Assembly: GCA_951828515.1 (NCBI GenBank)
Contig: OX639992.1
Coordinates: 1,352,439-1,416,438, forward strand
Reading direction: 5' to 3'
DNA length: 64,000 nucleotides
From: an uncultured Poribacteria bacterium
GTDB taxonomy: Bacteria; Poribacteria; WGA-4E; WGA-3G
In this document: piece after piece, positions 45,905 through 55,739 of the stretch
Numbering within the stretch: the stretch's first letter is position 1
How the letters are laid out: each line of letters starts with the position of its first letter
Position numbers and translations under genes: made by a program
The notes under the pieces: generated by a model
Told to the model about the DNA's origin: nothing
What the model saw: the letters and a program-made list of their open reading frames with translations, nothing else
Databases searched by the model: none

Positions 45905-46813
45905 ATGACGATCGCGGATGTCTACCCGTTAGATGTGGAAACCCCGCGCTATGAAAACCCACATCTCTCCGCCGTTTCAGATCGTATTGTTGAGGCGCGT
46001 CATCGTGGGAAACAGGTGATCTGGATGATGGGCGCGCACGTCATGCGGCGCGGCAATTCCCGTTTCATCATCGACTTGATGGAACGCGGCATCATCACAC
46101 ATGTCGCTACGAACGGCGCGTGTGCTATCCACGATTTTGAACTGGCACACATCGGTGCGACACTCGAAGATGTAGAGGACTACATTTGGGATGGGAAATT
46201 CGGTAATTGGGAGGAAACTGGACGCTATCTGAACGAAGCGATTATACGTGGTTACCGAGACAAGATCGGTTTTGGAGAAGCCGTCGGGAGGTTAATCCAA
46301 GAGGGCGAGATGGGCATTCCCTTTCCACATCAAGAGGTGAGCATGTTCGCCACAGCGTATCGGTTAGGCATCCCCTTCACTGTCCACAAAGGTATCGGCT
46401 ATGACATCATCGACCAACATCCTGCGGCTGATTACGCCGCGATGGGATGGACAACGGGTGAGGACTTTCTCCGTTTTGCGTATAGCGTTTCTCAGTTAGA
46501 AGACGGCGTTTTTCTGAATTTAGGGTCGGCTGTTATGGGACCCGAAGTCTATCTGAAAAGTCTTTCAATGGCTCGCAACATTGCAACGCAGCGTGGTGAG
46601 GAGATCCGACACTTCACGACTGCAAACTTCGACCTCATTGATTTTCCCGATTTCCAAGACGAGGGTGCACCCACCGATGCCCACTACTACCATCGTCCTA
46701 AGAAAACAATTCTCATCCGCACAGTGAAAGACGGCGGTGAGGGGTACCACATCTCCGGCGATTTCTCGGTCACTGTCCCCCAATTATACCGCTTGATACT
46801 CGCATCTGTGTAA
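45905..46813 (+). CDS. Hypothetical protein, possibly deoxyhypusine-synthase-like (DHS-like NAD-binding fold)
   Basis: GAHVMRRGNSRFIIDLMERGIITHVATNGACAIHDFE loosely resembles the DHS motif (G..NL.SSG.RE.I..L.....VD.LVTTAGG.EED). Weak call. Confidence 0.35.
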   Translation: MTIADVYPLDVETPRYENPHLSAVSDRIVEARHRGKQVIWMMGAHVMRRGNSRFIIDLMERGIITHVATNGACAIHDFELAHIGATLEDVEDYIWDGKFGNWEETGRYLNEAIIRGYRDKIGFGEAVGRLIQEGEMGIPFPHQEVSMFATAYRLGIPFTVHKGIGYDIIDQHPAADYAAMGWTTGEDFLRFAYSVSQLEDGVFLNLGSAVMGPEVYLKSLSMARNIATQRGEEIRHFTTANFDLIDFPDFQDEGAPTDAHYYHRPKKTILIRTVKDGGEGYHISGDFSVTVPQLYRLILASV

Positions 46814-46995
46814 TACCAAATCTAAAAAATAAAATTGCATTATAGAGGTTTTGGAATGCGATGCGGCATCTACCTGTAAGAGGCGCAATGAATTGCGCTA
46901 CTACGAGCCAGTTTTTTGTTAATGACAGGCGTTTATTTAGAAATGGTATAAGATGGCTGAATCTGCCCAGTTTCCGTTTCGATATCATACTGCTG

Positions 46996-47253
46996 CTAAT
47001 AAACACCGCTCCGATGTCCAACTTCGTGAACAACAATCACTCGTGTTTGCCGATTAAAGGTATAGATAACTCGGTAAGCGTCAGCAATTCGTAAGCGGAA
47101 CTTCCCTCTATGTGCGCCTCGGAGAGCCTCATGGCGATGTGTATCGCAATTTTCGCATAACCCTTCCAATTTATTGAGAATTCGTGTTCGGATTGTGGCA
47201 TCCAAATGCCGTAAACTTGACGTAGCACGTGCCCTGAACGCTAACGTGTACAT
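46996..47253 (-). CDS. RelE/ParE-family type II toxin
   Basis: 85 aa; ...LRIADAYRVIYTFNRQTRVIVVHEVGHRSGVY is the classic RelE/ParE C-terminus. It overlaps the upstream gene by 13 nt. Confidence 0.8.
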   Translation of the reverse strand: MYTLAFRARATSSLRHLDATIRTRILNKLEGLCENCDTHRHEALRGAHRGKFRLRIADAYRVIYTFNRQTRVIVVHEVGHRSGVY

Positions 47254-47981
47254 TTCAACTTAACCCCGAGCTTTTTGGCAACCTCCTCAAGTGGAATTAA
47301 TTCAGCTGTCCCGGCTTCAACCTCTGCAACGCTCCGTTCCAACCTTTCAGCCACCTCCGGACGCAATTCTAATCCCTCATCTGGATCATAGTGGTAATCC
47401 TCAAGAAACTGCTCTAACTCCAGGTAGGACACAAAAAATTCAAAGAATGCTGATTTCAGTTGTTCTGTCCCTTCAACCGATGGTAACGTCTTCTGCAGTT
47501 TAACAATTTTTTCACGTGCTGCAAAAAGTTCCCAATTCGCGAGCGTCTCCATCAGTCTACGGAACACATCATCCGGTAATTCCCTCACTTCAATCTCGGG
47601 TTCGGGATCAGTGATTAAGGGCAGATCACTCATCCGTTTTGCTATACGTCCTGCGGACGAAGTTTTTCGCACAGCTTCCACGGCTGCGACGCGCTCCTGC
47701 AGAGGTGCGAACGTATCACGCGTCTGTAGTATTGAGAGCAGCTGCGCTTCCGGTTCTTCTAACTCAAATGCCAAACCACAGTAGCCTTCATAAAACTCAC
47801 GGAACTCAGTATCCAACACGTCTCTATCAGCATTCTCAGCAAGCAAGGCAACGAGTCGTTCACGAGATTCAAAGAGCGAACAGTCGATAATTGGTGTGAG
47901 CCAGACACTGAATGCTGCGTGAGTCATGTCTGTTATGTCGCGTTTCACTGGATTCTCCTTATGATTAACCGACAGATGCAA
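47241..47981 (-). CDS. 246-aa acidic protein translationally coupled between recG and the RelE/ParE toxin; putative non-canonical antitoxin
   Basis: Overlaps the recG stop by 17 nt and the toxin start by 13 nt. The C-terminus ...ERSVAEVEAGTAELIPLEEVAKKLGVKL is antitoxin-like; the N-terminal roughly 200 aa are of unknown function. Confidence 0.45.
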   Translation of the reverse strand: MHLSVNHKENPVKRDITDMTHAAFSVWLTPIIDCSLFESRERLVALLAENADRDVLDTEFREFYEGYCGLAFELEEPEAQLLSILQTRDTFAPLQERVAAVEAVRKTSSAGRIAKRMSDLPLITDPEPEIEVRELPDDVFRRLMETLANWELFAAREKIVKLQKTLPSVEGTEQLKSAFFEFFVSYLELEQFLEDYHYDPDEGLELRPEVAERLERSVAEVEAGTAELIPLEEVAKKLGVKLKCTR

Positions 47982-50802
47982 TCTCTAAGTTGTCTCGCCA
48001 ATGTTCCTGTAACATCCGCTTCAACAACTGATGCATAGGTGCGCTCAGTATTGGATCGGCTTTGATGAGCGACTCTGCCTCTTTTTTCGCCACTTCCAGA
48101 AGTGTAGCATCGTGAATGATGTTTGCAATCTTGAAGTTTGGGATGCCCGATTGGCGTGTGCCGAAAAACTCGCCCGGACCTCGGATATTCAAGTCTGCTT
48201 CGGCAATCCGAAAGCCGTTGTTCGTCCGAATCATCGCTTGAATGCGTTGAAAAGAGTCGTCACCTTTGGGTAAAGCGACAAGGTAACACGTCGATTGATG
48301 TTCACCCCGTCCAACACGTCCACGCAATTGATGCAATTGCGACAACCCAAACCGTTCGGCATTCTCAATCACCATTAGCGTCGCGTTTGGCACATCAATA
48401 CCCACCTCAATGACCGTTGTTGAGACCAGAATATCGATATGTCGATCCTTGAAGTTTGTCATCACTTCCTGTTTCTCAATGGATTTCATTTGTCCATGCA
48501 GAAGTCCGAGACGCAGATCGGGGAATACCTCACCCTGAAGATGCGATGCCATCTCTGTGGCGGCTTTGAGTTCTTCGAGTTTTTCGGACTCCTCAACGAG
48601 CGGGTAGACGATGTATGCCTGTCTACCGCGTTGAATCTCCTTCCGAACAGTGCTGTATAATTTCTCCCGCTCCTTCTCCTTTATCCAATAGGTCTTAATC
48701 GTCTGTCTACCCGGAGGCATCTCATCGATAACAGAGACGTTCAGATCGCCATAGAGCGTCAATGCGAGTGTTCTTGGAATCGGGGTCGCAGTCATGACGA
48801 GTACGTCTGGTGCTGGTGGGGCTACGGCACCTTGCTTTTGCGTCGCATTTGCCGATTGTGCTTTATTACGGAGCGTTGCGCGTTGCATCACACCGAACCG
48901 GTGCTGCTCGTCGATGATAACGAGTCCAAGTTTGTGAAAATCGACACCTTCCTGTATCAACGCCTGTGTCCCAACGATAAGGTCTGCGGTGCCATCGGCG
49001 ATTGCCGCCAGTGCCTCTTCGCGCTCTGGTTTTGGTAGGTCGCTTTTGAGAAGCACAACGTTTATGTTTTCGTCATCGGTTTGTGCGGCATCCTTGCGTA
49101 AATCCTTGAGCATCTCTGAGAGATTATAATAGTGCTGCTCGGCGAGAATTTCAGTAGGCACCATCAGCGCGCCTTGGTACCCGTTTTCGATAGCACAGAG
49201 CAACGCCATCGCTGCGACAACCGTCTTTCCGGAACCGACATCTCCTTGAATGAGTCTATTCATAACGGTTTTCTGCTGCATATCGTTTTGGATTTCAGCG
49301 AACACGCGTTTTTGTGCCCCTGTGAGTTCATAAGGCAGCGACGCAAGAAAACTGCGTAACACGGAAGGAGACGTTTCAGATTTCCGTTCTGTTCCAACCT
49401 GAAACGCGATACCATCCTCAGAGATACGATGTTCTTTTTTCATCTCCATCCCGACACTGAGAAGAAAAAACTCCTCAAAAGCGAGCCGTTTTTGCGCGGC
49501 TTCCCGATGTGCCTCCGATGTCGGAAAATGTATCTCGTTAATGGCGGACTGTCTATCCACCAAGCGTTGCCGTTGACGAAGTGCGAGTGGCAAGATCTCA
49601 GGTATCTGTTGTCCATACTCGTCCAACGCCGTCCGCATCCAAGCACGCAGCATCTTCGCTGTGAGTTTTGCTGTTAGCGGATATTTGGGAACGATCCGAT
49701 TTGTGTGAATTAGGTTTTCTTCCTCACACAGTTCAAATTCATAGTCAGTGGCTTGGATCTCATTGTAACGGCGTGAGAACTTGCCGCTGACGACCACCTC
49801 AGTGTCAACGGGAAGTAGTGCTTTCATAATACCGATGCGTCTGCCAAAGTTAACAAGCAAAGCTACACCCGTCCCGTCATAAATTGAGATCTTACCGATA
49901 CGTTTCCCTTTCGCTGTCGGAGACGAAGTGTGATTAACGACCTTGCCTTGTATAGTTTCTGGCTCGTCATCTCCTGCCCTTCCGACCCTATAAATCTCTA
50001 CCATTTTGGAGCGGTCGATGTAGTCGCGCGGGTAGTATGCCAGCAATTCACCAACCGTTTGGATACTGAGTTCTTCCGAAAGCATTTCGGCGCGACGCGG
50101 ACCAATTCCTTTGAGATACTGGAGGGGTTGGGTTAGGAAATCAAGCGAGTCGCTGTCTGTTGAAACGGGGGTATCTGAGATTGGAACGGACTCTGAGTGG
50201 CGGTCAGCAGTCGGCAGTCGGCGGTCGGCGGGACCGCTGCCGGCTATTTCTTGCTGATCGCTAATTGGCTGAGGACTCTTTTGTTGTGACGGAGGGTCTG
50301 TGTCTTGGAAAAGAGGTAAATCTTTCGTTGTCACCGTAGCGGCTGGACGTTCCGATGCCTGCCCCCGCTCTGGGGGTGAATTTTCGGGGTTACTTTCTAC
50401 TTCTGCAAAAAGAGACAGCATATCCGTTTGGGCACTTTTCTTGGAACTTCTACGTTGCGCCTTTGGCTGCTGACGTATTTGCGACGATTCGGTATCTGTC
50501 CGGACTGTATCCGAGACGTTTCGTTGTCCGTGTCCGAGTGCGGCATCAATTCGTTTTGTCGCATCCTCAAGTATGCGTTGGCGTTCGGTGGACGACGCAT
50601 CGGCGTAATTTTCAAAGAGGTTCGACAAACCGCTTAGTACCTCTTTTTCAGCTGCCGCCAATGTGAAGGTTTCTCCATTCTTTACCCATAACTGGACATA
50701 GTTTCCCAATCCGTCAACGGCAACATCGTCGCGGCACCTGTTTCGGAGTTCTTGTTGAAAGGGACGGCGGATAGTAGTAAGGATTTTTGTGAAATTATTC
50801 AT
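47965..50802 (-). CDS. recG: ATP-dependent DNA helicase RecG with a roughly 240-aa N-terminal extension
   Basis: The canonical core starts at ...LQYLKGIGPRRAEMLSEELSIQTVGELLAYYPRDY, with helicase motifs GDVGSGKT, DEQHRFG, TATPIPRT and QLRGRVGRG. The N-terminal extension is Ser/Pro/Gln-rich. Confidence 0.9.
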   Translation of the reverse strand: MNNFTKILTTIRRPFQQELRNRCRDDVAVDGLGNYVQLWVKNGETFTLAAAEKEVLSGLSNLFENYADASSTERQRILEDATKRIDAALGHGQRNVSDTVRTDTESSQIRQQPKAQRRSSKKSAQTDMLSLFAEVESNPENSPPERGQASERPAATVTTKDLPLFQDTDPPSQQKSPQPISDQQEIAGSGPADRRLPTADRHSESVPISDTPVSTDSDSLDFLTQPLQYLKGIGPRRAEMLSEELSIQTVGELLAYYPRDYIDRSKMVEIYRVGRAGDDEPETIQGKVVNHTSSPTAKGKRIGKISIYDGTGVALLVNFGRRIGIMKALLPVDTEVVVSGKFSRRYNEIQATDYEFELCEEENLIHTNRIVPKYPLTAKLTAKMLRAWMRTALDEYGQQIPEILPLALRQRQRLVDRQSAINEIHFPTSEAHREAAQKRLAFEEFFLLSVGMEMKKEHRISEDGIAFQVGTERKSETSPSVLRSFLASLPYELTGAQKRVFAEIQNDMQQKTVMNRLIQGDVGSGKTVVAAMALLCAIENGYQGALMVPTEILAEQHYYNLSEMLKDLRKDAAQTDDENINVVLLKSDLPKPEREEALAAIADGTADLIVGTQALIQEGVDFHKLGLVIIDEQHRFGVMQRATLRNKAQSANATQKQGAVAPPAPDVLVMTATPIPRTLALTLYGDLNVSVIDEMPPGRQTIKTYWIKEKEREKLYSTVRKEIQRGRQAYIVYPLVEESEKLEELKAATEMASHLQGEVFPDLRLGLLHGQMKSIEKQEVMTNFKDRHIDILVSTTVIEVGIDVPNATLMVIENAERFGLSQLHQLRGRVGRGEHQSTCYLVALPKGDDSFQRIQAMIRTNNGFRIAEADLNIRGPGEFFGTRQSGIPNFKIANIIHDATLLEVAKKEAESLIKADPILSAPMHQLLKRMLQEHWRDNLEIASVG

Positions 50803-50980
50803 ACTTTTCTATGGGAGCCAGACGCTGTTATCGTCGCTGGTCAGGTTCTAACTTTGCCTTTCTCGAGTTTTTACTGAAGCGGTTTGCAACCGCACGATTC
50901 TGTAATCAATCTACATACGTTTTGTTAATTAATTAGACGCAAATTCAGTGAAAACGTTGAGTTTTCTTGGCAAAACGGGG

Positions 50981-51009
50981 TTGACACAGCATCGTAAATT
51001 GTCTATAAT
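50981..51009 (+). promoter_or_regulatory. Consensus sigma70-type promoter (TTGACA-17 nt-TATAAT) for the PhyH-family gene
   Basis: TTGACAcagcatcgtaaattgtcTATAAT, with AAAGGAG RBS 7 nt before the ATG at 51074. Confidence 0.6.
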
Positions 51010-51073
51010 CTTTTTAAATCAACGAACTCGCAATAATTGACCTGTAATTCACGTCACCAAAAGGAGCAACACC

Positions 51074-51907
51074 ATGATATCTCCCTACTTGACAGAGGTC
51101 CAACAAAAAGAGTGGCAAACACAAGGATTTCTGATCATCAAGAATGTCCTTTCACCTGCCGAAATTGAGACACTTTTGACAGGTGTGGATCCGGTGATTG
51201 AGACGTATGTTCAAAAAACACCAAGTTTACAAGGCAGTCGGTTCGGGAAAGGGGCCTATACGATTATCCGCGCAATTGAATACACAGATGCCCTGGATCC
51301 GCTCACCGATCATCCACACACCTTCGGTACTATCCTTTCAATGATGGGTCCGTATCTCCAAATCATGGGAACGCAAATCTACGTTCGGCACCCGGATGTC
51401 GAGGCCTTAATGGGATTTCATACGGATGCTGGTCCCTCACTTCAACGTATTCATCCGCATCCGGATAGTTTACCGCTGCAATTCAAAATCCAATTTTTCT
51501 TAACGGATCTGACGGAGCCGAATCAGGGGAATTTTATGTGTGTGCCGGGCAGCCATAAGGTTTCTTTCCCTGAGAACGGATTTAAAAAAGGGAAGTATCC
51601 AGAGGGTGCAATTCAGGTCCTTGCGGAAGCCGGAGATGCTGTCATTTTTCCATGGGCATTGTGGCACGGTGTCGGTCCGAATCAGACGGAACGCATCCGC
51701 AAAAGCGTGACCTTCCGTTATGGACAGATGTGGTCCCGTCCTTATGATTACGACAAACTTCCGGCGGATGTACTCGCGCGGATGACACCACGCCGCCGAA
51801 GATTATTCGGCGATATGGGTGAAGACCATCATCCAACCGATTACTTCAAACCCCACGATCAACTCGAAGTTATTTGCCAAGACGAGTGGAATATTGCGCT
51901 TCCGTAG
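51074..51907 (+). CDS. Phytanoyl-CoA dioxygenase (PhyH) family oxygenase
   Basis: HTDAG...(His-x-Asp), ...VIFPWALWHGVGPN... (distal His) and the R..VTFRY motif. Confidence 0.75.
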   Translation: MISPYLTEVQQKEWQTQGFLIIKNVLSPAEIETLLTGVDPVIETYVQKTPSLQGSRFGKGAYTIIRAIEYTDALDPLTDHPHTFGTILSMMGPYLQIMGTQIYVRHPDVEALMGFHTDAGPSLQRIHPHPDSLPLQFKIQFFLTDLTEPNQGNFMCVPGSHKVSFPENGFKKGKYPEGAIQVLAEAGDAVIFPWALWHGVGPNQTERIRKSVTFRYGQMWSRPYDYDKLPADVLARMTPRRRRLFGDMGEDHHPTDYFKPHDQLEVICQDEWNIALP

Positions 51908-52124
51908 GACTTCGTATTTTCGTTGGCGAGGTTTGATGAGGTTTCAGAATTTAATTCGGTAATGTGCGATGGTAATCGTCTGAATCAGGATTTGCAGGAT
52001 TCAAAGATTTTCAGGATTGGATGTCCTTGGGACTGAAAACTGCCTCCATAGAATCACCGGAATATTTATTAAAACTTCATGTAACCTCGCTACTCCTCGT
52101 GTGGGTAGGTGTTCCAACAGACAA

Positions 52125-53048
52125 TCAATCCGTGTGCTTCTGTAATTTCTCAAATAGATCCCGGAAAATCGCATCCCGATTCACGCTTGATGCGACGCGC
52201 ATGAGATGGCGACTGTTATCAAAACTCCATGTTGCCGCTTCCGTCAAGATAGGACTGTGGACAATCTCTGTCGGCACCCACTCTGGATTGATGAGGTATG
52301 CTGTCGCAGATATATCCCATATCACCTTCGACCAAGCGAAATGGTCGCTTGAATAGTCCTTAAAGATCTCAACGAGATAATCTCCGACTCTGCCTCTACC
52401 CAGCACATAGCGTTCCATCTCTGCGACTGTCGTGTGTAGATGTGAGACAACCCCACGTGCGGGTAGCCAAACGAATGGCACGCCGCAATCCAAAACCACC
52501 TGCGCACTCCGAAGGTCTTGCATAAGGTTGAACTCTCGGGTGTGGGGCCAGTACAACGGATTCCCCCCAAGCCAGATAACAACGATACGGTTGATAATTT
52601 CAGGCGCCATGAGGATAGCAGAAGCGACGTTCGTTATGGCACCGACAGCAACCACATACAGCGGATCTTCAGGCGTTGCTGCCATCGCACGCGCAATCAT
52701 ATCGGTCGCGGCATCGCTCGGCACGGGAGTCTCGTTATCGGAGAGAAACGCTCTGGAACCGCGATAGGCAAAACCGTCAGCGGGGACATTAAGGAAGTCC
52801 AAAAGCCTGAGAATTTCAGCGTAACTTTTTTCCATACCGTCTTCGGGGCTGCTTGAGCGGTTGTTGTGGAAAGGCACGGCGTAGAGTGCTTCAACGTTGA
52901 GATGTTCAGGTGAGAGGAGTGCGTGAACAACAGCAAACTGGTCGTCAATTTCGTTATAGGTGTCAGTGTCAAGGACCATTCGCACTTGCCCTGTCGGAGG
53001 CTGGAGCATTTCTAAGCGTTTTGACTCTGATAGTGTTGGAAAGTTCAT
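52125..53048 (-). CDS. Inosine-uridine-preferring nucleoside hydrolase family protein
   Basis: N-terminal Asp cluster VLDTDTYNEIDDQFAVVHAL, the hallmark of the IU_nuc_hydro family. Confidence 0.85.
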   Translation of the reverse strand: MNFPTLSESKRLEMLQPPTGQVRMVLDTDTYNEIDDQFAVVHALLSPEHLNVEALYAVPFHNNRSSSPEDGMEKSYAEILRLLDFLNVPADGFAYRGSRAFLSDNETPVPSDAATDMIARAMAATPEDPLYVVAVGAITNVASAILMAPEIINRIVVIWLGGNPLYWPHTREFNLMQDLRSAQVVLDCGVPFVWLPARGVVSHLHTTVAEMERYVLGRGRVGDYLVEIFKDYSSDHFAWSKVIWDISATAYLINPEWVPTEIVHSPILTEAATWSFDNSRHLMRVASSVNRDAIFRDLFEKLQKHTD

Positions 53049-53120
53049 AAACGGTTTTACCTTCGTGTAATGAGAGTTTTCTTTAGTTTATCACGTTTGG
53101 AAAAAGATAGGAATTCGTAT

Positions 53121-53366
53121 TCATTCGTTTCCACTACAAAAGAATGCCATAAAAGAGTTGGGGAGTTCGTCAAAGTCTTCGGCTATTTTCACTTTCCCCT
53201 TCCACTGTCCACCAAGGCGCGGCTGCTTCCTGTTTTTGTGCTTTAAGGGAACCAGTTTGGCAATGGGTTTCCGATTGCTATCCAAGATAATCTCTTCTCC
53301 CGCCACAGCGTGCTTGACCAATCGAGTCAAACGGTCTTCTGACTGTTCATGTATATCAATATGCAT
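53121..53366 (-). CDS. Orphan Phd/YefM-/VapB-like type II antitoxin (no cognate toxin adjacent)
   Basis: ...EEIILDSNRKPIAKLVPL...GGQWKGKVKIAEDFDELP is the C-terminal pattern of antitoxins paired with PIN toxins. The next gene is a nucleoside hydrolase. Confidence 0.55.
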   Translation of the reverse strand: MHIDIHEQSEDRLTRLVKHAVAGEEIILDSNRKPIAKLVPLKHKNRKQPRLGGQWKGKVKIAEDFDELPNSFMAFFCSGNE

Positions 53367-53395
53367 TTGTTTTATCCCATCCAATTTTATTTCTT

Positions 53396-54190
53396 TTATT
53401 CACCCTCTTGGGGTAAAACTTCATCTGTTCTATCAGGAGGAAACCAGGTAGGTGATGCCGCTAAACGGGAAGGAACGATAGGTGCTTGCAAGTCATAGCG
53501 CTTAGCAACCAAATTGACAAGGTCTAAAAACCACTCGGGAGTAAAAGGATCAACAACTACTTCTTGGATTAATAGGTTAAGGTCAACTTCATAATATTTT
53601 CCAATATCGTAGTCATCCTGCAACTCGGTAATTTGACTGGTAGGTACATTCTGAACGATAGCTCTCACTTCTTGTTCATGCTCAAAACTTTTTCGCTTGT
53701 GTAGATATGGGGACAACGGATCATCCGCGGGAATTAGGTCATTATCATAGTCAACATACCGAATTTTTCCTATATGGATATTCTCGCCAGTTATGAAACT
53801 TTCTACAAAAGCATCAAAGCGAGTCTTGATGGCAAGTCCCCCATTAGTGCTTGCATACAATTTCCACATTGCTTCTGATTCATAATTACTTTCATGCCAA
53901 CAATTTACTAACGTAAAACGCTTGAGTTGCACCCAAAATGCAGACATTAAGGATGGGAAACTTAATATTGCTTCCTCAAACTCAGGGTGCAAATTGGTAT
54001 AACGTGCGTCTATATTCCTTTTAGGGAGGGATCCTTCAAAAGGATCATTTAGTTTGTCTGACCTAGCGAAAAATAGGGCGTGCATTTCCAAAAGTGCTAC
54101 GAACTTCGTGAAGTCCATATACCTCCACAAAACCGCGTCTGGAGGTGGCGGATCGTGAAATTCCCGAGCATCAGAATTTAAATCAAGCAT
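53396..54190 (-). CDS. DUF2971 family protein
   Basis: About 260 aa with ...FEHEQEVRAIV... and the general DUF2971 layout. Family call from memory. Confidence 0.5.
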   Translation of the reverse strand: MLDLNSDAREFHDPPPPDAVLWRYMDFTKFVALLEMHALFFARSDKLNDPFEGSLPKRNIDARYTNLHPEFEEAILSFPSLMSAFWVQLKRFTLVNCWHESNYESEAMWKLYASTNGGLAIKTRFDAFVESFITGENIHIGKIRYVDYDNDLIPADDPLSPYLHKRKSFEHEQEVRAIVQNVPTSQITELQDDYDIGKYYEVDLNLLIQEVVVDPFTPEWFLDLVNLVAKRYDLQAPIVPSRLAASPTWFPPDRTDEVLPQEGE

Positions 54191-54243
54191 GAAATCTCTC
54201 TTGGCGCGTTCTCAAAACTCTGCCGGATGGGTAATCAGAAATA

Positions 54244-54636
54244 TTAGCCCGGCGGGTATGCCCATCTCGCGTGTCCACTGTGAACCATAATTGCGTTAAC
54301 AAACACATTATCTGGATATCGCCATACATCGGCGACTACACGATCATAAGAAATACCAACTGGTTTAAACCTTACGCGTTTTCCTTCTAACAGTTGTTTG
54401 AGATAGCAAATAGCCTTTTCACCTTGAAGGGTATCGCTTTCAGGTGCATCTATGTTCCTTAAACGAATTTTATTGAACATATTTGGGCGGCCCAACCGTT
54501 CCATCGGAGTTTCAGCGGGAAGAGGGGATCCCATTAGCCTTTCCATCGGCGTCTGTAGCGCAATTCGCCGAGAAATTTCAGGACTGACCTCAACGGTATC
54601 GCCATCAATAACTCTTGTCACAACATGAGTTTGCAT
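54244..54636 (-). CDS. Thermonuclease (staphylococcal-nuclease-like, SNase fold)
   Basis: ...VTRVIDGDTVEV...RLRNIDAPE...YDRVVADVW... is the SNase catalytic pattern. ATG at 54636 has an AAAAGGAGAG RBS. Confidence 0.7.
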   Translation of the reverse strand: MQTHVVTRVIDGDTVEVSPEISRRIALQTPMERLMGSPLPAETPMERLGRPNMFNKIRLRNIDAPESDTLQGEKAICYLKQLLEGKRVRFKPVGISYDRVVADVWRYPDNVFVNAIMVHSGHARWAYPPG

Positions 54637-54826
54637 CTCTTCTCTCCTTTTCTCGGAAGAAATTTGGTAAACGGAGTTATAGCCGAACAATCATATACTA
54701 AATCATACTATGTTTTTACGCATAAAACAAGTAGAAATCACTTATGCTACAGATTCGATGAAAACGCTGTCTGCATGCCAAAAATCTTGTAAGTAGCAAC
54801 TTGGGTTATGCTACATTAAGGCAAGT

Positions 54827-55081
54827 TTAGCCTTTACGCCCTTGCGGTGTAACAGCGTTGAGCTCTTGGAGCCGTTTCTCAACATAGGTTTTGAAGTTAT
54901 CGTTTTCCTGATGTTCTGCCAGTTCCAATGCAGTCTGAAAATCCAATTTTGCTTCGTCAATATTGCCCAAACCTAACTGTGCTACACCGCGATTGACGTA
55001 AGCGTTTATGAAATCAGATTGCAGACGGATAGCCGCATTCAGGTCAGCAAGAGCCGCAGCGTGTTTACCAAGTCTGAACAT
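54827..55081 (-). pseudogene. Truncated TPR paralog (C-terminal 84 aa of the 55297-55739 gene)
   Basis: DFQTALELAEHQENDNFKTYVEKRLQELN matches DFQTALELAEQQNNTALKTNIEKRLQELN of the neighbour, consistent with a local duplication remnant. Confidence 0.5.
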
Positions 55082-55296
55082 CGATTAATCCATCCAAGAC
55101 CTCCACTAACCACTGGTAAGCAGTTTTGGGGTAGGGTGGAGATGCAGCTGATTCGGATATGCGCGTTTGTACCGGTTTAGAGTTATCCAACAATTGGGAC
55201 ATACTCGGCACTACGTCTGTGAGCAAAAGATTGTTCTTTGCAGATCCGAATGTTAACATTGTTTACTCCTACCTCTATTTATTATACTTCATCAGT

Positions 55297-55739
55297 TTAT
55301 GGTGTTGAATTGTTGAGTTCTTGAAGTCTTTTTTCTATGTTGGTTTTGAGTGCGGTGTTATTTTGCTGCTCAGCCAATTCCAAGGCAGTTTGGAAATCCG
55401 ATTTCGCTTCGTTGATGTGATTCAAATTCACCTTTGCCTCTGCCCGATTGACATAAGCAAGCGCAAAATCAGGTTGGAGGCGGATGACTTCGTTTAGATC
55501 TACAAGAGCCTCGGCGTATTCACCAAGGATAAGATTTGTGGATCCTCGGTTAATATAGACTTCAACATTATCGGGTTTTAGCCGAATTGCCTCGTTATAG
55601 TCAGCAAGTGCTTCTTGGTGATTTCCAAGCAAAGTGTTCGCTTGACCTCGATTATTGTAGGTTTCTGCACCGTCCCTTGATCTGCAAGCATCACACTTAA
55701 CACCAAGGCAAGCACCATAATTCCAATTTTTGCATCCAT
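55297..55739 (-). pseudogene. Secreted TPR protein whose signal peptide and TPR repeats are in different frames (frameshift or sequencing error)
   Basis: Frame A: an ATG overlapping the methyltransferase stop (TAATG) gives MDAKIGIMVLALVLSVMLADQG... and stops after 53 aa. Frame B (-1) gives the TPR repeats ...AETYNNRGQANTLLGNHQEALADYNEAIRLKPD... to 55297. Confidence 0.5.
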
